A stretch of 64,000 nucleotides of DNA from assembly GCA_035084275.1 (NCBI GenBank), contig CM068745.1, forward strand, positions 33,480,001 to 33,544,000, in the 5' to 3' direction. The notes under the pieces were generated by a model. That model was not told the DNA's origin. It saw only the letters and a list, made by a program, of their open reading frames with translations, and made no database searches. Below, in pieces: positions 47,002-59,736 of the stretch; the first letter of the stretch is position 1; every line of letters starts with the position of its first letter. The position numbers and the translations under genes are program-made. This stretch comes from Hydrolagus colliei. Taxonomy: Eukaryota.

Positions 47002-49224
47002 CTTCTAACATTACATTTTTGCTAATCAAAAATCTTTTCAATAAATATTTAGCACCCCCTTACACAGTGGATGATGGAGGAACAAGAAAGTCAAAGTAAT
47101 CAATAAATGTAAAGCTTTTATATTAAAAAATAGAATAAATCAGATTAAAAACCATAGCAGAATGGGGAAGATACGAGAATACAGAAGAAAAGTGATAAAG
47201 GTGAGAAAATAAGTAAAGCTTTAAGTTTCAAACATTTTATTTATGTAATGTGCTTTCAAGATTTAGCTAATATTCAGGTAATTTAGTCTGGTTTCCATAT
47301 CACCATGTTTGCTATGAAAAATGTACAGAAAATATATAACTGTCGCAGACCTGCTGTCAGATGAAAGGTTAATAATGAATCCAAAAGAATGGCTGGTCAC
47401 AAATCTATTGGATTTATGTAAAAGGCTGAGATTATCCACAGAACACATCAACATTTGGGTTGAGGTAAAATTATACTGGAGAAAAAAAAATGACAATTTA
47501 TTGGGCAATTATTCCATTCATCTTTTTATATCACTTTGAAGCTGTTAACTAATTTATTTCTGTCCACATAAAAGCCCTCTTATGGGGTTGTGAAACACAC
47601 TTAAATTAATGTATTATTATCACACAATTACATTTTGCAGTACATGTGGCATTGAATAGCCAGATAGTTGACTGTTTGAGGACAGCAATGGCATTTGATT
47701 CATTTTCTTAAGTCAACTAGTCTCGAATGCAAGTTCTAATGAAGCTTCAGTATTTGAAAGCCCTAGATTTAGACTTTAGTTCAGCCTTTAAAGAAAGTTT
47801 ATAATGAGACGTAGGTTGGCAGTTACTTGACATTGTTCAGTTAATTAACAACTGGAATCATTGACTAATATAGAGGATTAATATGAAAGGCACAGAATCG
47901 AATGGTCAACTTTAATACATTATCATTATTCATAACTGGCAATTTAACAGTTTTCCAAAAAGAGCGATGCCATAGGCTTTAAATGCTACAATATATGAAC
48001 ATGTTGGTCCTTTTATATTCATGGTCACTCACTGGCATAGCTGCTGTTAGAAACAATTTAACAGCAAAATAATATTGACCTGGTACATATAACATTTAAT
48101 GCAGTTTGCACTTTCACAGAATTTCTCTGTCTATTTCACAACAAGAAATTCTGGAAATCTCTCCCTCAAGCCCTACACCTTGTCTCTTTCTGCCTCACTT
48201 TCCAATGCCGTCTACAAACCTTCCTTTTTGATTGTGATTATGATCACTTTCCCCCTTCCTTTCCCTCTGGCTGATTGTCAGACTCCGCCGCTGTCAGGCA
48301 CCCCTAATAATACCTTTAGGAGGGATACTGTGGCTGCAATCAGAATGCAGGGAGTTTCATACTTTGGTGTTATGTAAACATACTCCGTGTGGAGAGAGAA
48401 TATTCAATTAACAACTTCAAATATTTTAGCTTTATTCATCTTCTTGCTGAGAGCATATTTTCAGTGCTTAATTTTGGGGAGATTTTCCACATAAATGACA
48501 TGTGCCCACGTTGTTTCAAAATTATTGTTTTGATCAAGTGTGCTGGTTGTTGGTTCTGAACTCAATTTCGATAATTGAAAAATGCAGGGATCCTTACTCG
48601 GTTTAGACGTGTACTTATCAAATTCTGATTGATTGCATTGACCTGGTACATATAACCAGGTATGTTATATGTAACATACCATATATAAATAATCAGATTA
48701 TTTATAATTAGAATAGTAAAGAGCAGTGAGCAGTCATTATCTGAAACACTTCCCCTTGCTGTAGGACTATTCTGCCAAACTGCTCGCTGCTTTCTTTCTG
48801 ATGAGGTCAAAGCAATGATAGGTTGTTTTTTTTCCCACTTTTATAACAGGGTTTGAAGCATGTTGCTGGACAAGGACATTCTTTCTGTTCTTCACACCAT
48901 GAATTATGAACCCATTGCAATCTACATTGACCAATTAAATCTGAATTAGAATGACTTTGCACTGCAGATTAAGGTTATTCTGTAATAAAACTGGGACGCT
49001 AAAAAAGTTACCCAGTTGCACTGCAAGATATTAACACAGATACCCAGGATTTATTTTCCGATTATTACATGTGATATTGAGAACCAAAATAATTGAACAC
49101 CAAGTTCAAAGTTTCTACTGTGTTCTATATCTGTATTTTGAAATAGCAAATTTAATAATGTCTTAGTATACAGTTCGAGAACCCTGCGTGGGAATCGCAT
49201 CAACCCATGAAAACCATAGCCCAC

Positions 49225-50532
49225 GAAAACCTCTGACCAGGCCTCCCTCCACCTCCTCGACTTCTCTGCCACCTTTAACACTGTGAACCACTCAATCCTC
49301 CTCCACCGCCTTGCCTCTCACCTCAACCTTCAAGGTTCTGTCCTTGACTAGTTCAGATCCTACCTCTCACACCGTCTACACTTTGTCTCTGCAACAGTTT
49401 CTCTTCCAGCATCCGCAATGTCTCTTTCAGTGTTCCTCGGGGCTCTGTCCTTGGTCCCCTCCTTTTCAACGTCTACATGCTCCCCCTTGGTGGCATTATT
49501 GCAAACATGGGGGTAAATTTCCACAAGTGTGTGGATGACACCCAATTCTACCTCTTTACCTCCACCCTCAATTCAAGGACTACTTGTGTCCTGTCAGACG
49601 CCCTGTCGGACATCAAGTCCTCGATAAGAGACAACTTTCTACAGCTGAACGTCAGCAATACTGAAGCCATCCTGATTAGCTCATGCCAGCACCTCCGCAG
49701 CTTAGGCACTGTCAGCATCAGCCTCCACGGTTGCACACTCCACCTTACCAAGCTAATCAGGAACCTGGGTGTAATGTTGATCCTGAGCTGTCCTTTCTCC
49801 CGCATCTCCGTGCCATGACCAGCACTGCCTTCCACCACCTCCTCAACATTGCCTATCTCCATAGGCTGATTACAGCACTGTAGTACTGCAGCACTTACAG
49901 TACTGCCTCACCCCTCAAGCTGTTGCAACCTTTCCTGATGCAATTGTCACCTCAAGGCTCGACTACAGCAACTCCCTCCATGCCGGCCTCCCCAACTCTT
50001 CCCTCCACAAGCTGCAGATCATCCAAAACTCTGCAGCTCGTGTCCTTTCCCGCACTAGCCTCTGCGACCCCATCACCTCCAACCTCTCCCGGCTCCACTG
50101 GCTCCCCATTCCTAAGAGGATCAAATTCAAAATCCTTGTCCTCACATTCAAGGCCCTCCACAGCCTTGCCACCTCCTACCTCTCTGACCTGCTGACCTCC
50201 TATCAACCTGTCTGCTCCCTCCACTCAGCAGGCTCCAGCCCACTCTATATCTCCCGCCCGACCTGCCCTACCATCGACAGCTGGGCTTTCAGCCTCTCTG
50301 CCCCAATGTTTTGGTACTCAATCCCACAATCTCTTTGACTAGCTTACTCCCTTGCCTGCTTCAAGTCCGGTCTCTTCAATCGTGCCTTCAGTTGCTATCC
50401 TACCTCTCTGCCCATCCCTCATCCCTACCCTGACCCACCCCTATGCTTGGTCTTGATCCCTGACTGTTCAACGCCTTGGGACATCCTCCCAATGTGAAAG
50501 GCGCTTAGAAATGTAATTTTGTTGTTGTTGCT
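49225..50532 (+). mobile_element. Degenerate L2 LINE (RT C-terminal half to tail)
   Basis: Fragments are LLDFSATFNTVNH and LPLGGIIANMGVNFHKCVDDTQFYL...[14 protein letters not shown]. The tail is gtgaaaggcgcttagaaatgtaattttgttgttgttg. Confidence 0.92.
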
Positions 50533-50711
50533 GTTATTGATAAGTGACTATCTCACCCAACCCATAATGCAACAAACTATTCAGCTATAACTACTGCAAA
50601 TAAATGTTCCCAATAACTAGTACTACAGTGAATTGGAACTACAGTATTCTGAATAATGGTGTTCTTTCTGACAATATTTTATATCAGAAATCATGCAATT
50701 TCATAGTTTTA

Positions 50712-50812
50712 GGGAGACCAGTAGCTTTGTGATTAGAGCACGTGCCTCGCAAGTGAGAGGAACTGGGTTCAATTCCCAGGCCGGGTGAAATGTTGGGCAG
50801 GTTTTCTTGCAC
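50712..50812 (+). mobile_element. SINE head fragment
   Basis: ggagaccagtagctttgtgattagagcacg...ctgggttcaattcccagg matches the SINE head. Confidence 0.65.
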
Positions 50813-51629
50813 CACAAATCAAAGTCCTAATGGGTAGGGTGATCTTAGCAGCAGGAAAGCAGCCAGTCCTCTCATTAGCAAGTTATGCAATTTTAGCTGA
50901 TTAGACTCCAGCAGTTCCCCCAAATGCACTATCTGAGCTCCCCAAGTCTTGGCTCTTGACAACCTGTGCCTAATACTTTCTGGAATTAGATAAGCATGAT
51001 GTTTCCCTCCAGGGAGATGGTGCGCCATCCATTCCAATAAATATTTTGGGAATTTCCATGCTTAGAATTTCCATGCATGGATGCAAGTGCTACACTCCAT
51101 TGAAGAAATCAGACCTTTTCCCAGGTTTTATTTTGCACAGTGTTAGTACAAGATATATTTGTTCTGAGCAAGTTATTTGGGAAGCTGTGCTAATTTTTTC
51201 TGCACTTCATGGCAGGGTGATCTGTTACCGTATGAGGCATCCCATCTAGTGGGTTTGGCCAGAATTAATGGGTTCTTTATAAAATCAAGTAGCTTTGGGG
51301 TTAGTCCACTAACAGGGGAATACATCTTATTCAACAACTATGTGTTTAGCTCATAATTCTTTTGTTGAAAATGTAGAATGCATAATAAGAACCATCTTCC
51401 TATTTTTTAACCCACTATAGTAAGACATGTTTTTAAATACCGAATTCAAAGCTCAACTGCTGAAATACTCCCCTGTGTCATGTGAGCTGTATCTTCATAG
51501 GCATGACCAAGGATAGATACTAACTCTCATCAAAGCCAGAGATATCATTTCTGAGAAATTAACTCATTTCCCATTCTGTGCACACAAACCAGCACCTAAC
51601 ACCTGTTAGTCTGGATCTTTCAATTATTT

Positions 51630-51700
51630 TGGCTCAGTTAGTAGCAACCTTGCTTCTAGGTCAGAAAGTTGTAGGTTCAAGTCCCGCAAGAACTTGACAC
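51630..51700 (+). mobile_element. tRNA-derived head of an older Deu-type SINE
   Basis: ggctcagttagtagcaaccttgcttctaggtcagaaagttgtaggttcaagtccc has A-box and B-box motifs. The head differs from that of the young SINE. Confidence 0.6.
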
Positions 51701-52480
51701 TATTGTAAAACTGAGCACGTCCGACCTTTTTCGAGATCCTATCCTTCAGCTAAGACAGGAGGGAGAGAGAGACAGAGAGAGAGAAGAGTACATCCAGATT
51801 CCAGGTAATGTTCTAAATATTACCCGGTGGAAAAGCTACCGATTACCTAAACTTTGCTATACCTGACCCAGGCTAGATAGGCCTAGAAACCGAGTTTAAA
51901 GTTTTTTGAAGTCAAGGAGACTTGAAAATTGCTCATTAATTCCTTTGCAGATAATTTAAAGGTGAAGGGGATTAAATGCAGGATTCGCAAGGGTTTTGTG
52001 AACATGTGAATACTGCCAATACCCGAATGTCTGTCATGGAACTCTGCTCTGATGTGATCTTCTGTCAGGTATGTCAGAGTCAACTTCCAAACCAACATGA
52101 AGCATACTTAGTGGTAGGATTCAATATTTATGCATCCTTTGTGATTCATGACGTGACTCAAGCATTTTACATTCCCAGCACTGGATCCCTTACCTTGCTA
52201 TTCTCAATATTCAAACCCCCCAAATCCAGATTTTTTTTTAAAAGAAGCTATTGATATATATTTTTAGTGACGTCTAATATGACTCATGCTTAGACTCCAT
52301 TCCTGTGGCTGGTAGTAGATTGGTTCCTTCAATCCAATGCATGGCTCGCCATACTTGACCATATCTATTTATGGAACATCAATTGAAATTATGCCTGTTT
52401 CATGTTCTACAGCACAATTAATTTGCCTTAAATGAACTACGATAAATAGCAAACAAGATTAGATAGCTGGAATCACTTAC

Positions 52481-52636
52481 TGGTACAAGCCATGGTGGGT
52501 GGGTCTTTTTCTGCCCTGAAGTATCCTTTCTCACATTGACACACTGCGGAGGCATCTTTGTGAGTGAAACTGTGTGGAGGGCACTTGGAGCACTTGATGT
52601 TTCCAGCAAAGGCTTTGTAGAATCCAGGCCTGCAAG
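52481..52636 (-). CDS. EPHA6: Internal coding exon (Cys-rich/EGF-like region, exon-4 equivalent) of an EphA receptor tyrosine kinase, most like EPHA6
   Basis: The minus strand reads ...tttctctatcag|CT TGC AGG CCT GGA TTC...GCT TGT ACC A|gtaagt. It is 156 bp, phase 1 at both ends, and encodes (A)CRPGFYKAFAGNIKCSKCPPHSFTHKDASAVCQCEKGYFRAEKDPPTMACT. CRPGFYKAFAGN and CQCEKGYFRAEKDPP match my recollection of EPHA6 rather than other EphA paralogues. Confidence 0.93.
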
Positions 52637-53106
52637 CTGATAGAGAAACACAGCAATAAGTAACTTCACTTTGTCTCATTATTACAGACGGCACGAAGAG
52701 CATCACGATGGCTAACTGTTACTTGAGAGGGATCCAAAGCCTATTATTTATTGGGAGAGTTCTAGAGTTAAAGCTCAAGTGGTCATTGCAACTTTACATT
52801 GAACGCTCATGTTAAACTTTCTTGCCGACATGTTAATTGATGCAATATTACTTCATGCCAATCATTACTCCTATTTTTCGGGAGTGTAGAAAGCACTTAA
52901 TGCTGGTAGCTATTTATTTATGCAATGAACAAGCAAGACTAACATAGAGTACGATCCTGAGAAAAATAGAATAACTTATTGTGATACCATAACTGCACAA
53001 CAATATACTTATTCCTCCTATTTCAATATCCAGCCCAAACAGTCCGTGTCAGTGTTTCTATTCACATGGAGCTCCACCCACTCCTTATTTCTTGTTTTAC
53101 TCCTTT

Positions 53107-53881
53107 CAGTTAAAGAGATGGGAAAGAAGTTTATAGCAAAGCGAGATGGTCAGTGCCATTATGTACCCCTCCACCTAGTGGTTTGATCGGTTAAGCACTC
53201 CTACATGAAGGGGAATATTTAAATGCAAGGTGTTGTTGGTCTGCCTTAGCTCGTCCTTCTCCTACTTTAGATCACAACTGAAGTACTTCCTGTTCGGCCG
53301 TGCTTACCATGGAATGTTTTTCATTCCATTACTTTGCATTAATGCATTGTTTATCTCAGAATTCCACCTTTAACTGGTAGGTTTGGACAGTCCAGTATAC
53401 AGATAACTTCATAATTGCTACTGACAAAATTCTATTATCGTGGATAATAGATATGTTTAAGAATGAGCAGGATAATAAATGTGAGGGAGAAGGGAATAGA
53501 AGGGAAAGGGAAGAAATAAGAAGTGGATGGAGACTTGTGTGGAAGGTAAACACTGGTACAGATTGATTGGGCCGAATGGCCTGTTTCTGTGCTGTACAAT
53601 CTATGTAAATCTATATCAACCCTTGTGGAATGCATGTATGAGTTAATAATCCTTTGTAGATGACCACGTTTGTTTAAAAAATCAGAAACTGATAAATTCG
53701 AATAAATGACCTTGGGAATGCCCCAAGGACATTTATGTGTCTGTCATTTATATCACAAGCCTGTGATATATTCTTCTTTTCGCTCATTTACATTATTTTC
53801 AGAGCAGTTAAAGTGATGGAAAAGACATTTATAGTAAAGCGAAGTGGTCAGTGCCATTATGTACCCTTCCATCTAGTGGTT
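53107..53881 (+). repeat. Pair of 77-bp direct repeats (53107-53183 and 53805-53881)
   Basis: An ungapped alignment by eye shows 9 mismatches in 77 bp. Confidence 0.9.
53500..53615 (+). mobile_element. CR1-type 3' tail fragment
   Basis: gtgtggaaggtaaacactggtacagattgattgggccgaatggcctgtttctgtgctgtacaatctatg matches CR1 3' ends. Confidence 0.75.
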
Positions 53882-55227
53882 CAGTCAAGACAAAAAAAAA
53901 TGCGTGATGGCAGTCCATGTCTCCCTTCCTCTTGAAACCCCAAATGGATTCTGTCCTTACCAACTTAATTAGCGGGACAGTTCACATGCCAACAATTCTC
54001 TCTCCGAGGCACTCCTTTCTCCCTTCTTGTGACTTGTATCAATGCCATCCAGTCACTGATTCACTGATTCCCCTACCATTGGGCATACCTTCTCCTTGTT
54101 ACCCCATCAAAACCATTTGTGGGATGAAAAAATCTAACAGTGAATTCTGAAAAATTAATTGTGCACATCCTTTTGGTTTTGCTATTTTGAGAGAAAATTG
54201 CTTCAGAATGCTAAGGAAATTGACCCACTATGCAGAGAGATTTTCCAAAAATACTGGAGTTACCCACATTCCAATTCACTTTGAGTTCTAATTGATCCTG
54301 TAAATCATCTGCAGATCCCACTTGAGAAGTAAATGCATTTCATATCAGCCTGCCCTTTTCACTGTTATTTTTCTGCTTAAATTTATCTCTGTTCTAATTT
54401 ATCGTAGCATTATTTTTAGAGGGTATTTATTATGGTGGCTCTTTGCAAGTAATTGCGAGCTAGAAAATGAAATTATTTTTCTCTATGATTGCTTGTCAAG
54501 AAATAATAACGGCGCTTCAGATGGGGCCATTTTTCCACTTTGCACCCAATGACAGCATCAAGCAATTCTAAATATAGTACAGGCTAAGTGCAATGCAAAT
54601 CATTCTTGAACTACCTTGAAAATACACCTCAAGCACATCTTCAGCAGAGTTAACCCTTACTGTACACTGTTTTCATTCCCTGATTATACAATATAATGGT
54701 CAATATAATCTAATGGAATGATACTACCAATTCAGTGTAAGAAACTGGAATTTGAATACAGATTTTTTTTGTGTTGTACAGCTACAGCATGCCAATGAAT
54801 TATTTGATTGAAACTTCCCCGAACAATTTTTGCTTAAGACACTTAAAACATCAAAGAACAGATGTTTAGCTATCTGGGATGATTCCAACTCAAAGCATTA
54901 AGGTAAGCAGCTATTTTGTTTATAAGGCTTACTATCCAGTCGCAGAAATAAAATATTTGGAGCCGATAGTTGAAGCACAATTATTAATTCCATGAGTGCA
55001 TTTTGAAGATACCGGTATTTATTATTTCCAACCGTTGGTGTTAATGACACAAGGCAGCATACAACATCTCAAATCACTCCTTATCTTGTGATTGTTGTGT
55101 AGGACACACTAGAATGTGTTCAGAAAATGAATGAGACATTAACCTAGAAATTATACACCAGTTAACCTAACACATGTAGCAGCAAAATACTTGAGAAGAT
55201 TGCAAGGACTGCTGATGCAATCCATGC

Positions 55228-55420
55228 GTAATCCTTGCATTTGATAATAATCCTTATACAGTATTTGAAATAGCACCTTATCACGGCTTCCAGACATCTC
55301 AAAACGTTTCACAGAGTATATTGTAAAGTGAATTGACTGTATATTTTGTGGATAAAATGTGGCAGCCAATTGTGCACAGCAGTGTCCCACAAACATTCAT
55401 GGAGTGAAGTGACCAAATCA
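55228..55420 (-). mobile_element. SINE 3' half
   Basis: It is the reverse complement of the SINE body and tail. Confidence 0.8.
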
Positions 55421-56309
55421 TTATTTATTTATTTAGTTACTTATTTTTGAAGGAATTATTTCCCCAGTGTTAAAGAAGTACATATTGAATTTAGTGTCAT
55501 TTGTAAACTTCATCAATTAACTCCTTCAAAAATAATTGTATACAAGGATCTGTTTGAGGGTTTACAGATGATTAAATCCCATTTGGTTATTTTCCTCTCC
55601 CACCCACCTTTGGCTCTCACCTCCAGCGTTGTGCCCAGCCAACAGTGTCAAGCCCATTGAGATATTTTCTTCACATGAAAGGTACTATGTACAGTAAATG
55701 TTGTTGCATATTCATGCAGGAAAGCATAATGATCTAAGAATACTATAGGATTCACAGAAATAATTAGAAAATAGTTAAGTGAAAAGATCACAAAGTAATC
55801 CATTTAGAAATATAGAACAGATACCATAGAGTGGGTTTATTTTTGTAATCTAATTAATGGCTTCAGGTAGGCTTTAGAAATCATCATCATTTGTACTCCA
55901 TGGATTACGCTATCTGAACTCTTTGACTAACCTGCAGCCTTATAACTTGCTCCAAGTCATCTATTATTCTCTATTATTAATGGTTTTAGAAAATTTATAA
56001 TGAAAACGTCATTCTGCTGGTAGGGGATTCGAGAGCAAAAGTGTGGTTGGGAGAGTAAAGTAGAGCTTCTGAAGATGTTCTCTCTGAGTTTTGTTAGTGC
56101 ATGGACTGATTTGCCAGGGATGTTATTTTAGTGCGGAGTGCATTGTGACACAAAAGAGAATTGGACAGGCACATGCAGAGGGAAGGTATTAGGGGGCATG
56201 GGGAAGAGCTGGAAATCCGGATTTGGGTGAATAGTGTTTTAAAGGAGGAATAGCAACATGAAATATTAAGCGCCTCTTACTATGTCATAATAATAATTAC
56301 TATTGGAAA

Positions 56310-56472
56310 ATAATAATAAAACTTGCATTTGATATAGCACCTTATCACGTGTTGAGATACCTCAAACATTTCACAGAATACACCACAGTATAAAGTGAAT
56401 TGACTGTATATTTTATGGGCAAAACGCAACAGCCAATTGCATACAGCGGTGTCCCACAAATATTTGTGGATT
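56310..56472 (-). mobile_element. SINE 3' half
   Basis: It is the reverse complement of the SINE body and tail. Confidence 0.8.
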
Positions 56473-57327
56473 TTTTCATTCTTTTTAATGGAATTATTAC
56501 CCCCGGAAAAGCAATCTGCTAATTGACTAATAATCGGGTTTCTACTTACTGTAGGAATATATTGTATCTTACAATGGTTCTCTCTAAATGAAAGCTACAG
56601 AAAAGCGTGTAATTTTTGTATATAAAAGAATTTGAGCGGTCTGCTGGAATGCAATGAATGTTGAAGTTGTACAAGATTAGATTTCGCCCCTGAAATGATT
56701 GGAATACAACAAGTTTCAGTCACTGGCTTTTTCTCCTAACAGTAATTAGGGAGCTGTTATTTTCAGGTCACAAAGATAACAAATATCATGTTATCACCTC
56801 TCCACCTAAGGCTCCCTTAAGCAAGATTTCAAGAGGAGTCAGAATACTTCTGGGATAATTAGAAAAAAGCTTGCATACAAATGGTACAATTTTATTGAGG
56901 TGCCAGTATGCCCGCTGATCTGTTCTTAGCTACATTCTTTTGATGTTCTCAAGCGCAAAATCTAAAAAAAACAATTGAACCATCTTAGCTGTGATGCTGG
57001 TGTAAATTAAATGGTTCCATTCATCAAGCTGTCCCCATTAGGCAAAGATCAATAAGTACTAATTTAAGCTTATTGAGAATCAATTGGTATCTGGGAAAGT
57101 GTCTCAGCAAAAGGAATGCCAACTTTTAATCACATCTCTCAGAGAGCAGAAAGTTTACAAATAGTCAAACTATTATTGAAATTAAGCTATCTTACATCTA
57201 GATTTCACTTACAGTATGATGAAATAAACATTAAACCAAACCTGATTTTTAACAACTAGATATTTGTTTTTGAACAATTTTATTTAAATGATGATTTAAG
57301 AAATTAAAGAAATTTAAGAATTATTAT

Positions 57328-57430
57328 TATGGAGTAAGGAAACCTGCCCAAGGTTTCACCCTCACTGGAGCTGAACCCAGGTCTCTGGCTTGTAAGGCGA
57401 GTACTCTAACCACTGAGCTACACGACTCCA
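57328..57430 (-). mobile_element. SINE head fragment
   Basis: It is the reverse complement of tggagtcgtgtagctcagtggttagagtactcgccttacaag... Confidence 0.8.
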
Positions 57431-58779
57431 TGCTTTATTATTCCCTTGTAGGCGGATTCAATATTAGGTGGATTCAAATTAGGTGGATTCAAATTAAAAT
57501 TGTAAGTGAGCTTTTTGATCTCACTGAATGGCAATAGGAAGCATAGATTCAATAAGTGTATTGGTGATAATGAGATACTGGTGCTATTATTTCTACAGAC
57601 ATGTCTAATAGGATATTGACTGCAGATTGAAACGCTAATTTAATCTTTAAAGCTTTTTCTCCTAGACAGTTGTCAAAAGGTCCGATTTAAAATGTCTTCT
57701 GGTTTCCTAAATGAGTAGTCCATAGATTCCACACACACCAGCATGATCCATCTTGCACACATAAGAGTGTAGGTTCAAATCATGAATTTATTTGTATAGT
57801 TCAGTACTGTACTTTGATTTGCAATTGTGCGATACTCCTTCTTCCACTTTGGAGCATGGCTGCATCTGAATTTGGAATTGATAACTGTGTAAAATGAAAA
57901 CTAATGGGAAATTGCTAGATATCTGATGTCTAGCAATTTCTAGTAGAATTGCTTTAGGAAATCAAGTGTGGGGATTTCTTCAAGTAACAGCAAGTACATC
58001 ATATGTCACTCCAGCCTGTGCAAATTCCGCTCCATAAGTAAATTGAAGCAGTTCCCACAAGTCAGCAGAACACATTTCTGATTTCCTTACCAAATACTCC
58101 CATAGGAAATCATCACACATTAGTCTCTATTGTTCAATCACATTAACTCTCAGGCTATAGCAGGGCTTACTCAAAAATATGAAATATTAGCTCATTTAGA
58201 TATGCTGCATGGTGTGTCTGGTATGTCAAGTGAATTAAAAATCCTTTTGTGTTTGGGACTTGGTTAGGATGAAAATATCTGGTCTCAGATGTTTATGAGG
58301 ATATGTGAGAGGCTCGCAGCTTCAGCCGGAGAAACGCTTTTGTCTTAGAATGTAAGATTCTGCAGTTGTGGAAAATTCTTAATACAGTCTTAATTTGGAA
58401 GACTAATTTCTGTAATTGTTAAACTGAATCAATATCCAAATTAAGACTAAAATTAAAACATTGCGCCAATTGCACCATCTTAAACTTTAAGACAAAGTGA
58501 ATAAATGCAATTTGGAACCTGTAGTGTCTAGGTTGAACACAATAATAATAATATAGTGATGTTACTCTTTTAACCTCAGAAGCCAAACAACCATATTAAC
58601 CAGAACATGTTAATCATGTTGAATCATGCGCCATGTGGCCAGTTTAGCTAATGTTTGCCTCAACCTTCATTTCTACTTCTAATTTTTGGCAGCAAATTAC
58701 TTGCAGAAAATGAAACATCTGTGCGTATGTTATAGAATACAAACACTATCAAGCTTGTAAGGAATCTTTAACACACAAA

Positions 58780-59077
58780 ATAATTATAATAATCCTTGCA
58801 TTTGAGCTCTTTCACATCTTCTAGATGTCTCAGGACTTCACAGAAAATTCTGTATAGTTAGTTGACAATATATTTGTGAGTGAAACACAACAACCAATTG
58901 TGCAAAGCTGTCCCACAAACAGTCGTGGATTGAAATTACCAATTTTTTTTTTTTTTTAAGAACTATTATCAGGCATGTGAAGTAAGGAAACCTGCCCAAG
59001 GTTGACCTGCCGGGAATTTAACCCAGGTCTCTCGCTTGTGAGGTGAATGCTCTAACCACTGAATTACAGGACTTCAC
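58780..59077 (-). mobile_element. Full-length tRNA-derived SINE
   Basis: It is the reverse complement of the SINE from head to (TAT)n. Confidence 0.88.
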
Positions 59078-59579
59078 AATCAATTAAGAGAGCACATTTA
59101 TTCCATTTTACAATTTAGTTTCACACCCAAATCTCTTCGGATTTTTCCTTACCATGCAATATTTTAATCACCTCATCAGTTCTACAGGTCATGTACAATG
59201 TTCTTGCTGAAGTATCTAAAGTGGGATTGTGTGCATGGTAACAACCTGTCATATTTGTCTGAACCAATTTATGTAACCAGAATTACCCAATAAAATATTT
59301 TTGCTTTATTACAAATCTGTAATAGCTACTATTTGGATGATAACCTTGAAGTTACTCCACTTTGTAAAGATGAAAAAGTGAGTTATGGACCCTGAAAATA
59401 AAATCTCCTGTCACCTTTGATTAAAATGAGTGTGACCACAATAAATAGTAGCTTCAAGTCAAAAGAATTTCAAACTGGTTGCTCCCAAATATTGCCTGAC
59501 ACTGATACGCTGAATAGAATAAGCAAACTACAACATAGTGCAGATATTTTGCTAATTTTGCTTCACCCCTATCCACACT

Positions 59580-59676
59580 TAACCTATGCTCGGGTCCCGA
59601 CTCTTGACTGTTCAGTGTCTTGGGACGTCCTCCCAACTGAAAGGCGCTCTATAAATGTAATTTTGATGTTATTGTA
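59580..59676 (+). mobile_element. Short L2 3' tail
   Basis: tcttgggacgtcctcccaactgaaaggcgctctataaatgtaattttgatgtt matches the L2 tail. Confidence 0.8.
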
Positions 59677-59736
59677 GTAATTAAAAATGCAACAATTATC
59701 TATATTGCCTGAATTAAAAAATCATGATACGTATCA

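Larger units (their letters stand above)
18705..52480 (-). other. EPHA6: EPHA6 intron between the two exons (33,776 bp, GT-AG, phase 1)
   Basis: The donor gtaagt starts at 52480 and the acceptor cag ends at 18705. The spliced junction gives the Eph motif MACT-RPPS. Confidence 0.88.

Noticed and set aside
57450-57497. Three copies of aggtggattcaaatt
   Set aside because: This is a short ordinary minisatellite.
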